Assembly: GCF_009914755.1 (NCBI RefSeq)
Contig: NC_060940.1
Reading direction: 5' to 3' (one strand)
DNA: 64,000 nt
Source: the human T2T-CHM13v2.0 reference genome, Homo sapiens
The notes beneath the pieces are model-generated. The model had not been told where the DNA came from, searched no databases, and saw only the letters and a program-made list of their open reading frames with translations. Every line of letters begins with the position of its first letter. Position 1 is the first letter of the stretch. The position numbers were made by a program, and so were the translations under genes. Shown here one piece after another: positions 27,653-39,585 of this stretch.

Positions 27653-28929
27653 CACCAAACTCCAGAAATGCTTACCCCATAAAGATGTTCTTTTCACTAT
27701 TCCTGATATCAAATTAGGTGACGTGGCGTCACATATGGCCAAATTATCTGTCAATAAAAGTCTGTAATGTGTGCAGATTTCTAGATCTCTGATGCTCTCT
27801 TTACTTTCTAAAAAATTATTATTTCTTCTACCCCTTCACCTTTGATTGGTCTCTTTGTCTTAATATCTGGACTTTAAATAGTTGCTATTAAACCTCTAAA
27901 ATCAATCAGCCCCTGGCTGTTCTGTCATTAGAAGTTAACTGCCTTCCCATTAATCCATTAATTGTGAAGATTAATTGGAAAAGCTATTCAAACTCAGGCT
28001 ATAACTTGGAGCATGTAAGCCAGTGTTTGCCTCCAAATGAAAGCTTAGGTCAATAACATCACAGAGAATTAACAGTTATATATAAATTCTACTCATGTCT
28101 CCTATAAGAGAAAATGCATAGAAATTTATAGGCTGCTGTCTAAATGAATTACTTGACAATTAGAAAATTATCCCTGTCTTAGTAGTTTAGCTCTAGGAAA
28201 ACATACTGATAGTTACTTGTTTTAAATTGCAGGAACATGTTTTTTTTTAGATTTAAGCCAATGACTGACAGAATTAGAAGCTCATGTTTGTGTTATTTCA
28301 AATATCTAAAACCAGGATTCTCAAGTAAATGTTAATTTTCATGTCAATGTCAAATTAATACTTAAAGAAGCTAAAGAACTGCATAGTAGTCTACACTCGT
28401 GGCATTTTATCGAGTTGAAATATCATTTTAGGTAATGATGAGAGGATGAGAGACGATGCCAGGATTGGCTCATATTTCATCACCTATGCTTAGAAAAATT
28501 ATATTTTATTCAATCCTAGGTGTATTGTCAGTTTTCCCTAAACTTATTCTCTTTCTCATCAGAATGTGACAGTGCAGCAGCTTCCTCCACACACCGTCAG
28601 GCACCATGGCTACTACATAGGGAGAGAGGGGTGGGGTGTCACACCACAAAAGTTCCTTCAGTCCTTCGGGCTGTGTTCCTTCACAGTCCCGTGAAACAGT
28701 ATGGAAAGCATAAGGACATTATGAAAGGAACAATGCTCATCACTGGACAGAAATTAATTTGCAGCTCTATTTTAGTGGTTTCCAGACTAGCATGGTTCTG
28801 GCTGTGGGACACAATCATGGGAAATTTGACATCTCCCCGAGGTGATGCTACCAGGCAGTTAGGATGAATCACTGAAGATGCACACTACAGAGATGCGACA
28901 ACCCTGCAACCTGGAGCTAAGCCATAGAA

Positions 28930-29219
28930 TTTTATTTTTATTTTTAATTTTATTTTAGAGATGGGGTCTTGCTCTGTTGTCCAGGCTGGTGTGCAGTGGT
29001 GCGATCATAGCTCAGGGCAGCCTCGAACTCCTGGGCTCAAGAGACCCTCCTGCCTCAGCCGTCTGAGTAGCTAGGATTCCAGGCTAATTTTTTTTTTTTT
29101 TTAAAGAGATGGGGCTTGACATCTTGCTTAGGCTGATCTTGAACTCCTGGCCTCAAGAGATCTTCCCACCTTGGCCTTGAAAGTGCTGGGATTACAAGCA
29201 TGAGCGAGCACACCTGGCC
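28930..29219 (-). mobile_element. AluJ
   Basis: Antisense Alu with J diagnostics (gatcatagctca, gggctcaag). Confidence 0.92.
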
Positions 29220-29755
29220 TATAATACTTTTTACCAGGTGGCTGATGCTGCTTTTTAAACATACTTGTGTCTTCTGGGTGCTTAAAATGGACTTTGGTGG
29301 CTCTTTTTTGGTGTTGAGTGTAGACTGTACAGCTGCAGCTGTGAGGATGAGATGGCAGAGCTGGGGGAAAGCTCCAGGGTATGGAGATAAATGATGCCCA
29401 CCCAAAGGAAATCAAGCAGAGGCTGTTTATTTAGAGTTTGCTGCAGCAAGGTGGTTGGCCACCACCATTTGAGTTTGGCAGAGACTCAAAGGCAGGCAGA
29501 GGAGAGGAAACTTTACACTGGAGTAAAGGGGCAGGCTCAGGTATGCCCTGGTTGGAGGCCTTGGCTAGGGGAGGCTGTAGGCAGGCTGACCAGAAGTGGG
29601 GCATCCTATGGGATTAGTTAGAGGTATACATTTGGCTTTCTCTATACTTAGTAAAATTTCTAAATATTTCCTAAACATATTCAGCTGGTTCTAAATTGGA
29701 AACACGGGCAAAAATGAGGGAAGCTGTAAGTTATTAAGTCCTGGCTATTTGGGGC

Positions 29756-30097
29756 TGATAGGATTTGGCTGTGTCCCCATTCAAATCTCAACTTGAATTG
29801 TATCTCCCAGAATTCCCACGTGTTGTGACAGGGACCCAGGTGGAGGTAATTGAATTGGGGTTTGGGCGGAGGGGGTGGTCCGGGCTTTCCCGTGCTATTC
29901 TCGTGATAGTGAGTAAGTGTCATGAGATCTGATGGGTTGCTCAGGGGTTTCCGCTTTTGCTGCTTCCTCATTTTCTCTTGCAGCTGCCATGATTCTGAGG
30001 CCTTCCCAGCTATGTGGAACTGTGAGTCCAATTAAGTCTCTTTTTCTTCCCCGTCTCGGGTATGTCTTTATCAGCAGCATGGAAACGGACTAAAACA
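29756..30097 (+). mobile_element. THE1A (ERVL-MaLR) solo LTR, sense to the gene; candidate alternative CNTNAP4 promoter
   Basis: caaatctcaacttgaattgtatctcccagaattcccacgtgttg..ggggtttccgcttttgc..gtatgtctttatcagcagc (THE1A diagnostics); perfect TSD GGGGC (29751-29755 / 30098-30102). Confidence 0.95.
30012..30021 (+). CDS. CNTNAP4: Coding end of an alternative LTR-derived first exon (Met-Trp-Asn + T; gives MWNY-DCDD when joined to exon 2)
   Basis: ATG TGG AAC T followed by donor GTGAGT (30022-30027) inside a sense THE1A LTR. Phase 1 matches exon 2. I recall an annotated CNTNAP4 isoform starting MWN (unverified here). Confidence 0.75.
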
Positions 30098-30964
30098 GGG
30101 GCCAGTTGCTACAGGAGTTATTATTTGGCTTCTTGCACTGGTTGCTTCAGACAGAAGTCTGGCTTCCTGGACTGGCTCCTGTAGATAGTAGTTTGGCTTC
30201 CTGGGCTAGTTGCTACAGGTTCTGTTCTTTGCATGCAGACTGGCCATTTGCCATTTGTGTATTCAGTCTCTCGTTGGGCAGGAAACAGAGGTACATCAGG
30301 TACTGGGTTGTGTGTCATGGTAGGGCGAGGAGACAAGACGCCACCTGGGATCCTGAAATGAACCTGAAATTTGTAGCAGTAGCCCAGACTGGGTTTATGG
30401 TTACAGTACAATGTCATTGTCAAAATTTCTGAATGAAATCTTGACTAACAAGTAATATTTTTTGATATATGCAAACATAATTCCATACTTTCTTAAATAT
30501 GTTGATGATTTCTAATTTTAACTGGATGGAAATTGTAATATAGATTGGAATAAAATGTTTTGTTCAGGAAAATAGATGTCTTGAAGGGAAGGCCATTCCT
30601 TAATCCTGAATCTGTCAATGGACTATTTGGAATAGGTCTAAATAAACTATTTTCTGATGGGAACGAGACTCCAATCTTTCCAAAGCTTCCTGTCAAAGGT
30701 CTCACCCTGCCTCTGGTGTATGAGGATTTTTGATGATTTAAACTATGTTTGCTACCTATTCTATTTATTCTAGTCTGTTCTCTAATGGATATTTTTATGG
30801 GACATACGATTCATTAGCAGGCATGCAACTAATTTTGGCATGTCTTCCAAATAACTGAGAAGATGACTACTCAGTGGCAACTAAGCTGAATACTGCTGAA
30901 AATCAGCCCTATTTTTTTTTTTTGAAAAGTATATTTTAGGTCACCAGTGCTTGTTTCAACAAAG

Positions 30965-31215
30965 TACTGGTTCAGAATAGAAGATCTGGCACCAGATTGC
31001 CTGAATTTAAATACACTTTCTACCACCTATTAGTCATGGGTCCTTAGGTAAATTGTTTAATTTTCCTAATTTAATTATTTAATTCTTGTGCTCTTTTTTC
31101 CTCAAGTGTCCCTAGAGTTAATAATATCAAATATATTGGGTGTTTATCAGGATCAGTTGAGTTAATGCATGTAAAGCACTGAGAACGTAGCACCTAATAA
31201 TATATACCTATTATC
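30965..31215 (+). mobile_element. MIR SINE
   Basis: ccagattgcctgaattt..ccttaggtaaattgtttaa..gagttaatgcatgtaaagcactgagaac. Confidence 0.75.
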
Positions 31216-32237
31216 TTAGTACAGGTAATATTACACACAGATTAAGAAAATTGAATTACTTTTATTAAAAACTGAACAGCTTTTATTTGCTTATGAGAAT
31301 TATGCATTAAAGCCATTTGTAAAATAAAATTTTCATTAATTGAGCTATATTAAAATATTTTCAGTATACCTTGCATCAATTAAGATGCAAGCTATAGTGA
31401 AGGAGGCTATTGAGTTTTTTTGTATATACAATCTGCCAGAGATCTAATTTACCATTTACTTTTTAATGACAATGGTAAGTTTTTCTGTCATGTAAAGAGT
31501 AAATGGTGACTTTTCTGAGATATTGAACGGAAAGCCATAGATTTGTATGTATATGGTGTATCTATATGAAAATGACTCAGCATATTTTTTTCTGATGTGG
31601 ATATTTAACAGAATTCATTAAAACATATTGTAGATGTAACTAGTATATATACATTTTTTAATGAAAAGACTAAAGCTATCGTTTTACTACTTCCAACTGA
31701 TATCAAGGTCTATGTGGAAATTCTAATATGACTGAGAAAAGTCAAATAAAATGTAATACAATGTTGGATAAGCATGGAGTAATGAGAGTGATATTCATTT
31801 CTTCTCTAATTGAAAGAAACAATGATGAACTCAACATACCCAGCTGCATTTTTTATTGTACAAACTTCCATGAAATGTTTGGTTACTCGATTACTAAATT
31901 TCACTAGTGAATGCAGACGTCCATGGTCTCCTGTGCCCTTTTTTACCAAGAATCTTGTCTGTGGCTCAGCAGTAAAGGGACCAGGATGATGTGCCAATCT
32001 GATATAGCACTTAATTTTTTAAAAATGCAATTATGTTTTAGGCTGAAATAGCTAAAATGTTATTTCCAATTTGAAAAGCCCCCTACTTAAATGCCTGTAT
32101 ACTCACGTGCAGTGAATAATCTTTATTTGCATCTGAAAATTAGCTGTAAATTAGAGCTAATAATCATTGAAAGTTCTAGCTGTGAGATTACTCCAGGAGA
32201 AGACTAGTTTGCTGAGTTGCTTTACCAGATTCTAGAA

Positions 32238-32465
32238 TATTGTTTCTCAACCTTGGCACTATTGACATTTGAGACCAGACCATTCTTTGTGGTGGAAGGC
32301 TACCCTGTGTTTTGTCAAATGTTTAACAGCACCCCTGGATTCAACCCAGTAGATGCCAGAAGTATCCTCTCTTAGTTGTGATGACAAAAGTGTCTTCAGA
32401 TATTGCTGATATTTCTTGGAAGTGGGGAGCAGTAGGGTGAAATTACCTCTGGTTGAGAACCTCTG
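32238..32465. mobile_element. MER20 (hAT-Charlie)
   Basis: tttctcaaccttggcactattgacattttg..agatgccag..ggttgagaacctctg; TIR-like ends. Confidence 0.9.
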
Positions 32466-34350
32466 AATTGGAATGTGGTCCTTAGCTTTGCAAGTCTAGA
32501 TCGTGTGTTTTATTGGTGCAGTCAGAGAAAACTGGTTTTCTGGAATTAAACTCAGGAGACTCATGCTTAATCCACAATTCCAAATTTAATTTATATGTAG
32601 AGAAAAATATCATGTTTACTCCACACTGATTATTACTGTTTGAGGTTCTCTTCCTCTCTTGTCAAGACTGTTGAAGATCAAATGGGAAATAAAAAAATAG
32701 CATGGCAAACCTGGAACTGGAGTACACACTCCTTGAGAGAATTTGTTCATGCTATTATGGTGTCTGATGGAACTCCTACACTTCAAACCTAAAGAAATAA
32801 TAATTATAGTCATGGTATTCTTACATAGTGGATTCTGGACCGCAACTCGCGTTATAGATACGGTTCTATCACAATGAGAAGAGCAAATTAATCGAACTGT
32901 GTTCAATGATCTCATCTGCAAGAGAGTAACATTAATATATCAACAAGGAGTGGTAAAGATTAGTTACTATGTGTGGCAGGATTATAACTTCCTAGCACAG
33001 AGTGCTCTCTAAATGTGTCTTAGTTATTATTAGTTCTGTAAGAATAACTACAATATATCATTGTAAAATAAACATACAACAGATTGTAGGGGCAGGTGTA
33101 TGCCCATGGTAAAGAATAATAATGCCATGTAACCACCAAGGCCAACAACCAAAACTTGACCAAATATCACAAGCCTCCTGTGTGCCCTTCTGTTTTCCAT
33201 ATTACATGTCTTTCTCCCCACGAATGTAAAAAGTTCCCCTTCTTTTGTTTTAATTCCACTCTTTTAAAGCTAGAGGTAGAACAATATTGATTCTTAATTT
33301 ATAGTTGGCAAAAACAAATGAACAATAAATATATGTTCCCTAGAGTGGTTGTACCAGAGAGGCATTACATCCAAAACATCGATCTGAATCTACATAATTG
33401 ATTTTGTATTGCAATTAAACACCCTTTTCACCACACTTACACCTGCATGCTGAAAATGATTTTAAAAATTCCTAGTTCTAGTAAACACACACCCACATGT
33501 GCGCCCTCCTTCCATATACATAATGCACTCTCTTGTGTGTGTAAACATACATGCCACAGTTTCCAGAGCATACTAAAACATTTTTGTTGTTGCCTGTAAT
33601 TGGCAATAATCAGAATTTCCTTCACCACTGCATGGGTTGTATATCTTTTTATGTCTGTATTCCTTATTCTTGAATTACAACTGGATTGGCTGGCTTTAGT
33701 ACTTAAGCTAGTCAGTAGACATGCAGGAACTGTCTGTCATAATGGTGAAAGAATTTAAGGTAAGAATAAGAAAAAGTAGACTTTGAATGAAAACGAGACA
33801 ATCTTGAAAAGTAAAATGCTACCTCAGGTAAGCTCTTGGGAAAGGCATTCAAGAACAAATTAGGTTCATGTATAATAAACTTAATAAAATTTCAGGTGAA
33901 TCTAGATAATTCTTAGATTTATTTAAATAATTGCTTACCATTAATGAAAACATTTGGGACAATAACCCTGTATAATTTTAAATTATAGAATGTATATGTT
34001 AAAAACTAAATAGAGAAATATTTTTCTGATTAATGCAAAAATGGGAACAACTTAAGAGTATAAAATAAAAGGCAAATGCTTTAAAGATGACATCGAATGA
34101 AGAATTGGCTGAATAAATTAAACATGTATGGATTTCATGATACACATGAGATTATACTTTCCCTCGCTCTTTGTGCTTTATCTTTTAATATTAGAAGCAA
34201 TATATGTGATACACATAAAAGGGTAGATAGACGATAAATATGTATATGCATTAATATGTATGTATACACATTGATACATATGTAAATGTATGTGCATGTG
34301 TAATATATTTTATATGAAACATCATAATTATAAGCCTTTGACTATGCCAC

Positions 34351-34909
34351 TATTACCACAAAGGGATCCCAATCCAGAGCCCAAGAAAGGGTTCTTGAAT
34401 CTTGCGAAAGAAAGCATTCAGAGCGAGTCCGCAGTGCAAAGCAAAAGCAAGTTTATTAAGAAAGTAAAGTGGTGAAAGTTCAGTGACTCGATAGACAGAG
34501 TAGGGCATTCATGAAAGTAGGAGGAATAATGCGGTCACCCTTGGTACAAATACTTGTGTGTATATGTGTATACACACATATGTATAGGATTAGAAAAGAT
34601 CATGGGGAGATGAGCTCTGCTACAAGGGTTTGTGATAAAGGATTAATTTTCTTAACTACTACATTTTGCAAGAATCAATGAATATCTTTAAAGCAAAATT
34701 AGGGATGCTTTTGTTCTCAAATTATTGGGACATCAGGACACGCCCAAGTCTGGGTCTGTTAAGTAAACGTTATCAATCGGTTCCCTTAACCATAAGCATC
34801 TGGAGGCTAGGAATACCTCACTTTCTGGGAATGCAGCCCAGCAAGTCTCAGCCTCATTTTCCTAGCCCTCACTCAAGATGGTGTCACTCTGGTTCTAACA
34901 CCTCTGAGA
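34351..34909 (-). mobile_element. MER41 (C/D-like) ERV1 solo LTR
   Basis: aagaaagggttcttgaatct..gcaagtttattaagaaag..gggaatgcagcccagc..ctcaagatgg..cctctgaga; 4-bp TSD CCAC (34347-34350 / 34910-34913). Confidence 0.9.
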
Positions 34910-34914
34910 CCACC

Positions 34915-35700
34915 TATCCCCAAATTAGAGCATTCCATCACATTAAAACTGTATACATGTGTGTTGATTCTGCTTTTTTCTCAAGGTAACCAAGATCCTG
35001 AATTTTATAATTTTCATTTTTTTTTGTAAAAGTAGTTTTTTAAACTCATATATGTCCCTAAACAACATACAGTATTACTTAGCTTTGCTTTTTAAGATTC
35101 TCAAAACGATCAACATATTACATATTATTTTATAACTTGATTTTGTTTTCCTCAAAAATGTCGCTTCTAAGATTCAACTATTTTGTTTTGTGTTGTTGTT
35201 GTTTCTTTTACTGGTGTGTATTATACTGTTGTGAAAAGCACTGTTTTATTTGTTCTTTGGCCATTGGGTATCTGGTCGTTAATTTTTTGTTTGTTTGTTT
35301 GCTATTATGAGCAACGTTGCTAGAAATCATACATGTCTCCTGGTGCACAAATGCAAGCTCCTCTGAGTACATTTTTATTTCCATAGGACACAAAATTACT
35401 AATATTTATATATCACCTTTGGGTAAAAAGACAAAACTCCTTGAGGCTGGGGGTTCATCATAGGAGGACCTACGTATATCAAAGGGACTGGTGGAACATA
35501 GGGTATGGGAAAGTTCAAATATACGTCTAATGACAAGTTGTTTTTATAAAAGTAGTTGCTCAAGTTTATACTCCCACGAGCAATGTGTCAGAGTTTCTCT
35601 TGGCCTACATTTTGCTAGTCTAATGTCCATAAACTAGTATCCTTTTGTAGTCCCAGTTTACATCTCTTTTTGCTGATATATTTGAGGATCAATTTATATA
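34915..35700 (-). mobile_element. Degraded L1ME
   Basis: Antisense L1ME-like text (ttctaagattcaac.., tgctattatgagcaac.., gtttatactcccacgagcaatgtg); continues at about 36025-36360 after the Alu. Confidence 0.6.
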
Positions 35701-35715
35701 GGATCTGTGCTGTGA

Positions 35716-36008
<293 letters not shown>

Positions 36009-36427
36009 TGTGCTGTGAAGTCTGATCGTGCCTTGTGTTATTTTTGTTAATGTGTGTCATGATTTAAAGGTGGTTTTTGTTTTACTTTATTTTGTGTTTT
36101 ATTTTCCTTTATTTGGAATACTAATTGTATACTGGGTTATAGGTTTTGCAAGTACTTTCTCCATTTTGTGATTTTTCTTTTTAATTTCTTTACAGTGTCT
36201 TTTGGAAACCTTAAGTATTTAATTTTCATACAGTTAAATTTGTGAATCTTTTATAATGAGGTATAATCTTTTCTACCTTAAGATATTGTTTTATTATATA
36301 ATTTTATGATTTTTAAAGTATTTTCATATTCTCCTGTCTTTAAGTTTTTTCTTTTCTCATTGAACTTACTAGACTTCTAGTAAGCCCTGGAAGTAGTAGG
36401 CATATTTTTAGAGATCTTAGATCCTAG

Positions 36428-36658
<231 letters not shown>

Positions 36659-37098
36659 TGACTGGCCCATAGAAAATCTCACTAGTTTTTCATTATCTTT
36701 GCATACAGTCATTATGAATGATACATGGTAAAAGAAAGTAAATTTCGAAATAAGCAAATGGTTAAAACTCATGAGATGTATATGACATCTAGCTTCTGTT
36801 CTGGAATGTGAAAGGGATACATCCTATATTACGAAGAATTGAGTTCCTTCCATCTGACAAGCTTTTTATATATCTTACTAAATATTTTCTACAATAATAT
36901 ACAATCCTTATGGACACATTAGTGATGAAACCTTAATTGGCCTTCAGTTTCAAGTTAAAGAAGTAATTTTCAAAAACGCTAATTATTTAAAAATAACAAT
37001 CCCTCAGTGTTTTGGATTCTCAGTGTGGTTGACATGATTTTCTTATCAGCTGAAGAATAGGAACATAATAAGATTTTCATGGTCCTTTAGGAGTACTC

Positions 37099-37427
37099 AG
37101 CCAGGTGTGGTGGTTCATGCCTATAATGCCAACACTTTAGGAGGCTGAGGTGGGAAGATCACTTGAAGTGAGGAGTTCAAGACCAGCCTGGGCAACACAG
37201 CAAGACCTTGTCTCTACAAAATAATAAAAAATAAATTCACCTGTGATGCATGCCTGTAGTCCCAGCTATGGCTGAAGCAGGAGTATCACTGAACTCAGAA
37301 GTTGGAGACAGTGAGCTATGATTGTGCCACTGAACTAGAGCCTGGGCGACAAAGTGAGACCCTGTCTCAAAAAAAAAAACAAAAAAAAAAACCAAAAAAA
37401 AAAACCAAAAAAACCCCAAAAAAAAAA
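37099..37427 (+). mobile_element. AluJ (Jo/Jr-like)
   Basis: Sense Alu with J diagnostics (gggcaacacagcaagacc, gtgagctatgattgtgccact); long A/C-interrupted tail. Confidence 0.93.
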
Positions 37428-37818
37428 CTCAGTTCATCTTAGTTTGTGTTTGATCACTTGAATATGTTAAAAGGAAACTGAAGATAATTAAATGGCACCT
37501 TGCTGTAGAAATAAGACAGAATTTCAAAAACACTGTGTACTTAGAGACAGAGTGTCACTGTGATCTCTTTTCATAACATACTAAGGTAAAATTCATCTGC
37601 ACATGCATTGGAGGAAAACACGCTTGGCAATACTAATACATAAAACGTTTTAACAATCATAAAAAGTTTTAATGCATGATGTTTTTGGTTCTCCCATTTA
37701 TTATCCTCCTCTCGTGGCAACATCAGTCAGTCACTTCTAATTTTACTCTTTGATGTTATCCTTAATATGTGCTTAATGCTTGAGCACACTGAACATTGGA
37801 CATGACAAATAGGTAAGA

Positions 37819-37848
37819 GTGTGTGTGTGTGTGTGTATGTGTGTGTGT
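37819..37848. repeat. Imperfect (TG)n
   Basis: gtgtgtgtgtgtgtgtgtatgtgtgtgtgt. Confidence 0.9.
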
Positions 37849-39224
37849 ATTTTGCCATCTGGTATACATAATATATATCACACATAGTTCTAATTACAAT
37901 ATAGATATAACACTTTAACATGATTTTAAGCTTAAGTTTATTTTAAAATTTCATTTCATATTATTGGAGATACCTACTTTTGTGTGCTTCTGAATGTGAA
38001 GGTATCAGTGGAGAGTGAGAACTGAGATCCTTCTGTCAAATGGGAAACTGGGGGGTGTTTGAATATATTTGTGTAGATAATGCTAGCCTTTTCTTTTTGA
38101 GTGACTTGCAGTAAGAGTTACTGGTCACATGGGACTGTCTCTTCCTCTTTGCAATTCTGAGTCCCTGACCCATCAGGGGACTTTCCTAGCCTCTCTGATG
38201 GCCATTCCAGGCCCTGTACCTATGGACCCACCAGCAGGAATGCTGTTATTGCAATGCTAATTCTAGAATAAGGTCTCCATTCTGTGCTTCTTTATAAAGA
38301 AAAACAGAGTTTGACATTTACCACCACTTCATTTGAGTCATAAAAGCTTTCACAGAATGTGGGCCAGTGAAAGGAACACAACATTTTAATCTACCTATTT
38401 ATCTTGATTTCCTTTGTTGAGGTTCAATACATCACAAAATATATGTTATTAATTAGATCAAATCATATTTTTCATTAATTTATATACTCATCAGGAGTCT
38501 CCATCAGTGGGACTCATTTTCATTCTTAATTCATTTCTATGGCTCTTGGTAAAACACAATATCAAACTTCATGAATCTCATTTACATGTTAATGAAACCG
38601 AGACACAAAACAGGATCATTTTAATTATCTTTTGCTGGTTGTAAACCTACTTGATTACATTTTTCTTTTTGATTTAGGTTTTCTTTTTTTCCCCTGTTAA
38701 TTACATGAAGTTTTCACAAAGGAACATCAGATTTTCAGTGATTTATTAAAGGCTATATTTTATTTCTAGTATTGAAATACTAGAAATTTCTCATAATATT
38801 TCTCATAATGATTTATTTGAGAGAATAAATTAATTATTTTTATTAATAATAATCATAATAATATTCATAATAATCATAATAATCATAATAATTAATAATT
38901 ATGAGAAATTATTCTCATAATTTCTCATAACATTTCTCATAATATTTCAGTCAGGCTAGGAAAAAGTGTTCAGCCAAGTCTGCAGTCATATGTAAATAAA
39001 TTAAACCAGCAAATAAAGGTCCTAGTATCTTAGATACACAGAATGACTTCTTTCCTACAGAATTATGAAAACTTAGAGCCAAAGAATAGAGCAAAAAAAT
39101 GAGAAAGTTACCCACTTATTTTCCATCTGTGGGATAAGAAGTGTCAAGGGTAATACTGTGAAAATGAGTAGGGCCCTAGTAATGAGGGAAGGGGATCAAA
39201 AAAAGGCTACCATTGCTACTAAAA

Positions 39225-39525
39225 GTGGCTCACACCTGTAATCCTAGCACTTTGAAAGTCTGAGGCAGGAGGATTACTTGAGCTCAGGAGTTTGAGATCA
39301 GCCTGGGCAACATGGCAAAACTCTGTCTCTACTACAGATACAAAAAAGTTAGCCAGGCATGGTGGTGTACACCCGCGGTCCTAGCTATCCAAGAGGCTGA
39401 GGCATGAGAATCGTTTGAACCCAGGGGGTGCAGGTAACGTGAGCCAAGATTGTGCTGTTGCACTCCAGGGTGACAGAGTGAGACTCTGTCTCAAAAGAGA
39501 GAGAGGGAGGGGAGGAGAGGGGAGG
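39225..39525 (+). mobile_element. AluJb-like with GA-rich tail
   Basis: gtggctcacacctgtaatcctagcac..ttgagctcaggagttt..gagactctgtctcaaaagagag. Confidence 0.92.
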
Positions 39526-39585
39526 ATTACCATTAAACATACTTTCCATTCGAAGTATGCTAATTTAATTTTGCCACGTATGTGC

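Larger units (their letters stand above)
29390..30272 (-). mobile_element. MER67-like ERV1 LTR, split by the THE1A insertion
   Basis: Repeated ttggcttcctgg(a/g)ctggttgc units and end ..tgtattcagtctctc; continuous across the THE1A TSD. Confidence 0.6.

Noticed and set aside
30106-30260. Short repeated ggcttcctgg units superficially like an array
   Set aside because: Internal repeats of the MER67-like LTR; no fixed repeat-spacer periodicity, and the DNA is eukaryotic, so not CRISPR.
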